Positions 54,111-64,000 of a DNA stretch of 64,000 nt are shown here, in pieces (the first letter of the stretch is position 1; the number at the start of each line of letters is the position of its first letter). Location: NCBI RefSeq assembly GCF_018977255.1, contig NW_024704743.1, forward strand, positions 91,700,001 to 91,764,000, in the 5' to 3' direction. A program made the translations under genes and the position numbers. The notes beneath the pieces are model-generated. The model made no database searches. It had not been told where the DNA came from and saw only the letters and a list, made by a program, of their open reading frames with translations. The stretch is from Callorhinchus milii. Lineage: Eukaryota.

Positions 54111-55336
54111 TATAAAATAGTCATCATTAAATCAAACAGGGAAGTCAGAAGAAACTTCTTTACCCAGAGAATGGTGGGAATGTGGAACTTGCTACCACAA
54201 GGAGCAGTTGAAGGGAATAGCAAAGATACATTTAAGGGGAAGCTAGATAAGTGCATGAGGGAGAAAGGAACAGAAGGTTATGATGATAGGCTTAGTTAAC
54301 GAAGGGCAGGAGGAGGCTCATGTGGAACATAAATGCTGGCACAGTTCTTGAATTACCACACCATCCTTAAAAGACTATCGGTTCATTCTCGGTGATGTTA
54401 TGATGCAGGTAATCCATAACCAAGTCCACAAGTCCAATGGATATCTGTGTGAAACTGAGTTATGAAAAGGGGAGAATGTAATAAGTTCACACTCACAATT
54501 CTCCATTCAGTGGTGGGGGGGTGCTCCCGATCTCCACAGTCCTTTTTTTTGAGCGGGATGGCAAAGGGAACTCAAATTTGCACACCGTAAACCAGCTATT
54601 CAACCAAACCAGAGTAATGTGGATACAGGTCTGGAAACAGATTGCTTGCCTGGCTTCTAATATGGAGAATGACATTCAGACTCCAAGAAGACAATGAGAA
54701 GAAAGCAAGGACATGTCACTATTAGAACAAAAAAACAGGAGAAATTTTGATTAATGAGCCAACCAGTACAGGTGCCTGGATAATTTACAATAAGCTTTGT
54801 AGTGTACAAAATTCAAAGCTAAGTGAAGGACTGGCATAAACTCGTCTACATTAAATGAACACTTTGATTTGCCATTTGTCAGCTACAATCCGAGGCAGGG
54901 AACACTGTTTTATGAAGAAACAAATTCAATGGAGTTTAGCAGTTTTAAACAGCAATGATTCAAATATGAAGGAAAAGTCAGTAACTGAAGAGGATTCATA
55001 GAAAATTGCATCATCTGTGAACATAAATACTGCCACTTGGCAGCATATCTTTGGCAGGTCATGAATAAATTACAAATGACCTCAAATTGAACTTTGGAAC
55101 ATTATCCAGGATCTTTCAAAAGAACACATAATTTAACTTCAACCTCCTTACTTTTCTATATCTATTTTAAATTAGTCAAATTTTTATATTCAGAAAATGT
55201 CGCAAGAATTAAAACAATCCACAGGCCAGTTATACTGCAGAGTTTGCACTAGTTGGATGCAAATTTGTCAAACTGGAATGTAACTGCAGTTAACTCAGAG
55301 AAGCAATTTGATAGCATCCTCTGGAAGCAACCTCAG

Positions 55337-55419
55337 GTTTAAAAGTTAACTTTACCCTGCAATGACTGCCAAACAGGATCTGTTTGGCAGTCGATGCTGG
55401 GTAAAGTTAACTTTTAAAC
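55337..55419. repeat. 83-bp near-perfect palindrome (40-bp arms, 3-nt loop)
   Basis: 37 of 40 arm positions are Watson-Crick complementary by manual comparison. Confidence 0.95.
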
Positions 55420-56490
55420 ATTAAAGTTTAAAAAATCTTGAATTTTTAATATTATTGAAGATCTGTCTGTCTCGCCAACTCTTCATAACATTAAAAAAAT
55501 GGCAATTGGTCAAAATTTATTAAACCTCTGAACATGCATATTTTAATGAACATGGCTAGAGCTCCACTTTGCTAACTAAGACTCAGCCAAAAGTGAGAGA
55601 ACTAACAACCTAATGTCAGGGTGTAAACCAGCTTCCTTACTATGGGCTCAGGGTTTACACATTGGCTGTGTAAACTTTTCAAGTTGATATATGACTAATA
55701 GTGTCAAATACTTCATATACACTCAAAATTATTGAGTAAACCATTAAGTCATAAATGTGCTCTGATTTCTGTGAGGCTCTTATTTTGATTTATATCCAGA
55801 TTGTTACTTGATGATAAACCTATTAACAAAATATGTTCTATGCAGCATTTGTTCTGCTCCCTAAGCACTTCAAAAGAGCAAGTAATTGAAATAACAAGAT
55901 GAGCATTAGATCATTTGTACTACTTTGGAAGAAATGCATCTTTGCAAACACAAAACATGGAAGAGTTTTGCACCAGGGATAAACAGCCTTTGTAAAATGG
56001 TTATACCCAAAATTAGCAAACTTAATAACTTAGAATCAAGATAAACTATTTTATCTTTCATGAAGAAATTGTTTCACCATTATCAATAATTTAAGCTTTT
56101 AAACTGTAATGTTAAAATTTAACTAAATATATTTAATCATATTAAATGTGTTTACAGTCAGTGATATTTGTGATATGACAGAAAGTTCAGGCAGCTAGAT
56201 GACATACAGTCCTGCTATAAAATATGGATCTCTTGGTTAAAAACATATTAATTTAAATTCATATCTCCATACTGATGGGGGGATAGTAAAGAGAAATTCC
56301 TGTATTGCAACATTAGAAATACAGTATTAGATTTTTATTAGTATGTTGTCAGCAATAATAAATTGTGGAATTGTGGACATTAGTGGACATTCGCAATTTT
56401 GCAAGAATTCATAATTTTTTTCATAAATTATTTTCACTTGCTTTCCTGTGACTCCAATTCCCTCACATAATTTCTAATTAGGTCTTACAC

Positions 56491-57226
56491 TATCCTTTCT
56501 ACCCCACATCTGCGCCATGACCAGCTCTGCCTTCCCCCACTTCCGCAACGTCGCCCGGCTCCGACACTGTCTCATACCGCAGGCTGCCGAAACCCTCATA
56601 CACGCTTTCATTACATCGAGGCTCGACTATACAAGGATTATTATTATTATTATACAAACTCTCTGCTTGTCCCCTTCCCCTACTCCTCCCTCCATAGGCT
56701 GCAGATCATCCGGAACTCTGCAGGCCGTGTCCTCTCCCACACTACGTTCCGTGACCCTATCATCCCCATCCTTGCCTAACTCCACTGGCTTCCCATCACA
56801 CAGAGGATATAGTTCAAGATCCTGGTCCTCACCTTCAAAGCCCTCCATGCTCTTGCTCCACCCTACGTCTCCAACCTCCTAGCCCCCATCACCCTGTTTG
56901 CTCCCTCCACTCAGTGGGCTCCAGCCTGCTTCACGTCCCCTGCCTTGCTCGCCCCACTATCTTCCTTCCGCCACTCTGCACCCACCCTCTGGAACTCCAT
57001 CCCGCAGTCCCTCTGTCTCGCCCCCTACCTCGCCACCTTCAAGACCCACCTCAAGACCCTCCTCTTCAACTGTGCTTTCGATCTCTCTGCTTCCCCACCA
57101 GCCTTCCACCCTCCCCCCCAGCCCCCCAACCATCAGCTCGGGTCTGTAATTCTGTCTGTCCAGCGCCTTGGGACATTTTCCCGACGTGAAAGGCGCTGTA
57201 CAAATGTAACTTTGTTGCTGTTGTTG
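56491..57226 (+). mobile_element. L2 LINE 3' fragment
   Basis: [25 protein letters not shown] and FKTHLKTLLF; L2 tail with (TTG)n. Confidence 0.93.
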
Positions 57227-57499
57227 TACACTACTATAGTAGTTCTTACAAAATTGAAGCCACGCTTAAACGGAAACCACTTACCCAAGACACATTTAAT
57301 GGATCTGAATGTAGCAAATTCAGAAACATTCAAACCAATCCAAATTTCACCTGTTAGGATTCAGATTCAAAATCAATGCCAAATAGATACCCTTTTAATG
57401 TAAGGAAAGCAAATTATAAATATGGTCATTTGTTAAGGGTGGCATTTTATACCATTGAGTTGGAACAGAAAGAGAATTCTCTCCTTAGTGTGGTGACAA

Positions 57500-59362
57500 C
57501 TTTTATTTTATTTATACAATAAAATCTAGAAATTTTATTTCTGGCTGAATAGAAATGAAAAGCAGGGAAGTTATGCTAAACTTATATCGAACCTTGATTA
57601 GACCACCGCTTGTCCTCCCACCTCAACCTTCAAGGCTCTGTCCTTGAGTGGTTTAGGTCCTACCTCTCGCACCGTCTTGATTTTGTTTCCACTAATGGCT
57701 TTTCCTCCACCCCCCGCACTGTCTCGTGCGGTGTCCCTCAGGGCTCTGTCCTCGGTCCCCTCCTCTTCACCCTCTATATGCTCCCCCTTGGTAACATCAT
57801 CCGCAGACATGGGGTTAACTTTCACATGTATGCAGATGACACCCAACTCTACCTTTCCTCCTCTGCCCTCAACTCCACGACCACCGATGTCCTGACAGTC
57901 TGCCTGTCCGACATCGAGTCCTGGATGAGAGACAACTTTCTTCAGCTCAACGTGCGCAAAACTGAGGCCCTCCTGATTGGCTCACGTCAGCGCCTCCGCA
58001 CCTCAGGCGCTGACAGCATCAGCATCCAAGGCTGCACTCTCCACCTCTCAAAGCCGGTCAGGAACCTCGGGGTTCTGTTCGACCCTGAGCTGTCCTTTCT
58101 CCCTCATATCCGCGCCACAACTGGCACCGCCTTCCATCACCTCCGGAATGTCGCCAGACTACGGCACTACCTCACCCCTCACGCTGCTGAAACTCTGGTC
58201 CACGCCTTTATCACCTCAAGGCTGGACTATGGGAACACTCTCCTCGCCGGCCTTCCCAGCACCTCCCTCCACAAGCTGGAGGTCATTCAGAACTCTGCAG
58301 CTCGTGTACTGTCCCGCACCAGGCTTCGGGAACACATCACTCCCACCCTCGCTCGCCTCCACTGGCTCCCCATCCCCCAGAGGATCGAATTCAAGATCCT
58401 CATCCTCACCTACAAGGCCACTCACGGCCTTGCTCCCTCCTACCTCTCCGACCTACTATCCCCCTATCTACCTGCCCGTACCCTCCGTTCCTCTGGCTCC
58501 GGTCTGCTCCACATCCCCCGCCCCAACCGCCCTACCATCGGTGGCCGGGCCGTCAGCCTCTCAGCCTCTGGGCTTTGGAACTCCATCCCCCAGTGCCTTC
58601 ACCGCTTCCTCCCTTTCCTCCTTCAAGGCAGGTCTCAAGACCTTTCTCTTCAACCATGCCTCCACCCCCCCTCTCAACTCTCTAGCCCCTCCTCGCTCCC
58701 TCCCTTCCCTCTCCTCACCCTGACCATTTCCCCCTTGCTCGGGTCCCGACCCAACTGTCTAGCGCCTTAGGACATCCTCCCGACGTGAAAGGCGCTCTAT
58801 AAGTGCAATCTTGTTGTTGTTGGAGTACTGTGTACAGTTCTGTTCTCCATATTACATAAAGGACATATAGGCACTGGAGAAGGTGCAAAGGAGATTTATA
58901 AGTATGATAACGGAACTGCGAGGTTATCCCTATCAGGAAAGGCTGAACATGCTTGGACTCTTTTCTCTTGAAAAGGGAAAGGTGAGGGTTGTCCAAAAAG
59001 AGGTCTTTAAAATTATGAAAGGTTTTGATAGGGTAGACACAGAGAAGATGTTTCCAACTTGTGGGGGAGCCAAAACCAGGGCCATCAATATAAAATAGTC
59101 ACCAATAAATCAAATTGGGAAGTCAGAAGAAACTTCCTTTACCCAGAGAGTGTTTACCCACAAGTAGTTGAGGGGAATAGCAAAGATGCATTTAAGGGAA
59201 AGCTAGATAGGTACATGAGGGAGAAAGGAATAGAAGTTTATGCTGATAGGCTCAGTTGAGGAAGGGCAGGAGGAGGCTCATGTGGAGCATAAACATTGGC
59301 ATACACCAGTTGGGCCAAATGGCCTGTTTCTGTGCTGTATATTCTATGTAATTCTATGTAAA
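57500..59362 (+). mobile_element. CR1 3' portion (57500-57606 + 58821-59362) split by the L2
   Basis: Left ...TTAGACCAC and right TGGAGTACTGTG... nearly rejoin as the CR1 RPHLEYC motif. Also QRRFISMI and VFKIMKGFD; tail ATTCTATGTAATTCTATGTA. Confidence 0.92.
57607..58820 (+). mobile_element. Young 5'-truncated L2 LINE inserted inside a CR1
   Basis: 386-aa ORF with [45 protein letters not shown] and LHWLP. One frameshift near 58600, then the stem-loop tail and (TTG)n. Confidence 0.97.
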
Positions 59363-62300
59363 AACTTTCCATTCAATTGGAATTCATCTCCCATTATTTT
59401 TTACCATCACATTGGAAATTAAAACAATAAGGTTTTACAATTGCCATAGGGTGCTTTTCTAATATGATATTCTGGACTATTTCCGTTCTCTCTCTCTGTG
59501 TATACAGTATCTATGTGCCATAACAATCTCAGTAAACTCCAACAAAGCTGTTCCCTTCAACAGTATGGTACATTTTCCTTCGCAGTGACAATGTCGACCA
59601 AAGTGGGCTTCACACTTGCAAAGTTTCAACAATAAATGATCTTTTCCTCTGGCTTCAAAAAGACACATCTTTTAGGAAGTCATAACATCTCAATATGTAG
59701 AATCACTAAGCTTAAGCAAATGTTATTTCTGACTCATGTAGCCTCGGTTCTGAGGATTCACTGTTGTCATTTTATTTCTGTTTGCTCCTTTGTTGCAATG
59801 CAACAATGTGGGGAAACCTAATGGTCTAGATCGGCCCCTTGGCTAATGCCAAGGGGCAGATCTAGCAACATAGCACTCACAGAACAACATTGCCTAATCA
59901 TTGGATAACTTATATAACAAGCCTTCCTCCCACCCTTTGTATCATTCAATTCACAATCAGCATCTTACACTTCTAGATATCTGAGCTCCGCAACACCGTC
60001 TTCCCTTTTTTAAGAAATGTAAATCTTTGACCCCTACTGTGCCTCAGGTGCATTACCTTCTCTGGTTGTGATTGAACTACTGGCCTTGTGGTTATCACAC
60101 CTCACTTCTACCAAACATTCAGAAAGACATCACCGTTATTCAATCATACTTGTTAAATTTATGGGTCTTAAAGGGTATAGGGGAATAGCAGTGGATTATA
60201 GAGGGAATAACTCCAGTGGGGGCAGAAAGCAGTGGCACAGCAATGATATGCAGAATGGTCTCCTGCTATAAACTGCTGTGTAAACTTTCTCCGATTCTAT
60301 GGCTGGCTGAAAAATTTAATTCTTGGGAGTCATTTTTAGCTAACTTATTGGACATTATGACCACCTCCAAAAGAGAAAGTTGAACGAGGGAGAAAGGAAA
60401 TAAGTGTTCCAAACTTATTTGAATGAAATATGCAGATTTCATAGATCAGGTTATATTTGATGGAAATAATATAAATGTCCGAACCGAAAACTGTGGGGCG
60501 ATAATAAATCAAGCAAACAGAACGCAGGACTCTACTGTCAAATCAGTCGAGTTCAAAAGCTCAAGCTGTACAACACTCTAGTCTGTGTGATTATTGCACA
60601 GAGTTCAGTCACCACGTCATAAGGGGCTGCCCAGGCCTAGAGGAAGTGCAAAAAAGAGCAGCAATGTTAATCCTCAGTGTTTGAAGGATGAGCTCTGAAG
60701 AAAAATTTAATGAACTAGGACCCCATAGCCTCAAAAGGTAACAAAGGTTTACAAAAGGGTTGTTTTTGGTCAAATATGCCAGGCTACCAAGGCAAGAAAA
60801 CACAAGCTCAGAGTTGCAGAGAGCAAATTGAAGACAGGAATGAAGTATTCTTTGCATAAAAGATGATTAATAGTAGACATAGATTATTTGGACCAGTGGC
60901 TAAGACCGTTAAGTATTAGTGTTTGAATTTATTTTTTATTAAAATTGGATTTAAATTTCCTTATGTAGTTATGAATGGTCAAAGGCACAGTAATAGCCTT
61001 GCTCCTGATATCTGAGTTAATCCGTAACTGTAATATTAGGTACAGTAAAACTCACATAAGTCTGATTTGTATAAATCCAAGTCGTATACCTGGCTAAGTC
61101 CTGTTCAAGAGTTTATATTCTATGCAAGTTTGACATAACTCATACTTTGCATAAATCATATTAAATGTATGGTTCCAAGTGATATGACTCGTGTGAAGTT
61201 TACTATTCTAGTTCATGTCACAGTCTGTGAACTTTAAAACAGTCAGCCTAAGAAGCGTGGCATTTCCACGAATCTGATGGTAGTGTAAGGGTTAAAACAC
61301 AATTAGAGAACTAAATCTCAAGAGAAATGAAAAAGCTGCTATTGGGACTTGATACAACTAAACCAATCAGAAATGTCAAAACTTTCATACACTACTTTGA
61401 TAGCAAAAATGATATGCAACTATATCTGTAAACAGACAGAGCTTTCCCTTCCAGTTTGTGTCCCTTTTCAGCTCACAAGTAAGGAAACAGAAGCAAACAC
61501 ACATACCATTTTTAGTATTTATAGCACTATATTTTTAACTTGATACTTGATATTCAATGATTGCACAACATGTAAATATTGATTGCACATTAGACAGATT
61601 CCTCTGCCATTTCTTTTATGTTATAGTATTTAAGAGTATTTTTGTTCACTTTAACTTCTTGGGATTCGTTTACTGCACTTTGCGGCTATTGTGCATTTGT
61701 TTGCATGTTTTAATATAAATGTTTTTCTGTCTAATTGGTTCCTGTTCCAGCTAGTTCATTGTCTTTATTTTTGACCAGTCTCACTCTTAAAATTAATTTA
61801 ATTTTTTTTAAAAACGACATGACTGCATTGTCTAAGCACAGACTGCACATAGTAAACTATATCAAACTGTTATCAGATACATATTCCTGTAGTTTAGAGA
61901 TTATACATTGTGAAATTTCTTTCCCTAGACCTCTAACATTGCTGAATCCTCATGTACCTTTCTCTGTTCTCGATATTCTTTAATTCTGGAAGAATGGCTG
62001 GAATCTTGTCTGTGCCCTGACAGGACTGTCCTATCTGGAGCAGCTTTCCTTTGGCTGCTTCCACAGGTTACTTGCTGCTCCTTGTCTTGACTTACTGACA
62101 ACCTTAATGCTTCTTAACAATGCTGCAGCTTCTTTTGGGCTATCAAAGGACTACTGTTGCCCCTTGTGTTTTACTGACAGCTATACAGGTATGGTAGTAC
62201 GCATTTTACTGACAATTCTCTCTCAGAAAAGAATTGTAGAGCAATTTTATTATAAACCAGATATAAAACAATACAAACCACGGTCTTCTATCAGAATGAA

Positions 62301-64000
62301 GGGTTTTATTTGCTTCGGCTACATTATTATGAAGCTTGCATGAAAGTCATGTTTAATTCTGGATTTTCCAAGCTGTTTCTGATCTTCTGACACTTTCTAA
62401 TGAAAAGATTATTCCTGTGGCAAGTTTCCGGTCAAAAAATGCAGACTTTCTGTCTCAGCCCTGCTCAGAATCTCGCATATAATCAACTCATTGAGGAAGT
62501 TCAGCAGTTTGCATTCATCCACACATTACACAGTCACTACACTTTATAGTATACCCTGTGAAGCTCTTTGAGACAATCTCCCAACGTGAAAGGCACTATA
62601 TCAAACGTGAGTATTATTATTATTGTTTACATAAAATTACCTTATTTTCCTTAAACAGACAGATTACAGTTCAAGGTCTTTCAAATGATTCCCATCACAA
62701 AAGCACTCACACAGAAGCTCAACATTTCTTATCGCCTTACACTTAAGATCTTCATCTTAAAATGTAGGATAATTCCGAATTTTTAAAAATTCCTGAAGTT
62801 TTAATTTAGAGGACGATATCCTGTGGATCTTTTTAAGAACTGTAGAAAAAGAACTTCCAATTGATGACTGGATATAACAATCTTCCCAAAATTCTTCAAA
62901 CATCTGTTTTTCTGTAATGCATTAGCAGCCCTCGGAGAATAATTAGGCTTTTGTGAAGCAAACCCACTTTAATCTACACGTACTGTTCTGTTGAAATGTC
63001 ACTTTTGAAGGGGAAATCGTTCATTATTTCCCAGACAGATGTTAATGGCATATTCCAGAGGTGGGTAAAATGTTCTCACTAGCACCTGCACTACTTCCGC
63101 AAAGCACGATACGAAATGCAATTTAAGATAAAATGTATGATTATTTTATGACTAAGGAGAATCTTATGATGAGTTGCTCCGCAACTCCGCATTGCTCCGC
63201 AACCCTTAAAACAAAGTAAGTTTCAATTAAAGAGTTTGAAAAACTTTTGTTTGTTTACCAAAAAGAGTGTTGCAACACCTATTTATCAAAATATTCAAAT
63301 AAAATTACATTGCTTCTATCCAATATTATTGTTCTGCATCCTCAGACGTAAAGAAAGTTTCACTCTAGTTGTGAAGAAATGTTAACACTACGTATTTCTT
63401 TCAATCCGTTTTAGATCAACTGGAAATCCGTGAACAATTATGGAAATCACTAAAGAGAAGTTTTAAAATCAATCACAAATACTAGGGAATCAATCAATTA
63501 TCAAGAACGTACTGGTTTCAAGTTTGCTTAGGCAAATTATAAGGGAATCAAAGTTTATACTGCATGTTTACTAATTACTCTGTTATATTTAGAAATGTAT
63601 TGAGTAAAGAAAATTCATTGACAATTTTGGTGTCATTAGATAAAAATGCAAAATGATGGTAAGCAATTGCCAAATAAATGACCTCTATCGTAGACAGCGT
63701 TTTTTTTTAGATCTGAACTCGCTCACCGTTGTGTATTTGTACATTCTCATTCACATATCTCAGAACTATTCACCAGACAGTGCCTGTATTGGTAATAACT
63801 TGAGACAAGTAGAGTTGTCTTGTTTTAAACTATTAAGAAAAATCAGAAGACCCCACTAGAGAAATAAGGGCATAATATGCCTTTTATACACCTGTCCCAA
63901 GGGTCATGTCTGAAGGAATATATTTTTATCCTAAATGCCAGGTGCCTGAATTATATGGTGTATAATGGTGTTTATTCTTTGTCAGATCCTATCATATAGT

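Larger units (their letters stand above)
52340..54340 (+). mobile_element. Decayed CR1 3' portion interrupted by a SINE (52921-53245) and a 478-bp insert (53633-54110)
   Basis: [34 protein letters not shown] and KFVDDSKLG. The 3' segment 54111-54340 is collinear with CR1 59090-59300. Confidence 0.92.

Noticed and set aside
59477..59668. Cys-rich ORF (CKCEAHFGRHCHC) resembling an integrin/EGF-like motif
   Set aside because: Cysteine spacing is off, there are no convincing splice sites and no neighbouring exons; probably chance.

Overview
This is AT-rich, repeat-dense vertebrate non-coding DNA, either intergenic or a large intron. The repeat mix (CR1 and L2 LINEs, Deu-domain SINEs, a Penelope-like terminal repeat) points to a cartilaginous fish (shark, ray or chimaera); that is an inference. 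I found no supportable host protein-coding exon, rRNA, true tRNA gene or CRISPR array, and every recognisable ORF belongs to a decayed non-LTR retrotransposon. The main features are a ~3 kb CR1 with endonuclease and RT motifs (21.5-24.5 kb), several L2 3' portions, about 10 copies of a young tRNA-Ala-headed composite SINE sharing a 3' stem-loop with L2, and many older Deu-SINE and CR1 remnants. The most interesting observations are (1) a hammerhead-ribozyme core in a Penelope-like repeat at 17.04-17.07 kb, (2) a 478-bp Helitron-like insert that splits a CR1 between A and T with no TSD, (3) an 83-bp near-perfect palindrome at 55.3 kb, (4) a SINE/L2 partnership visible as a compensated stem-loop, with reciprocal CR1/L2 nesting, and (5) a double-octamer/Sox/TCF motif cluster at 3.7 kb. 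Boundaries of old repeats were read by eye and are approximate. I cannot claim a new biological system from sequence alone.
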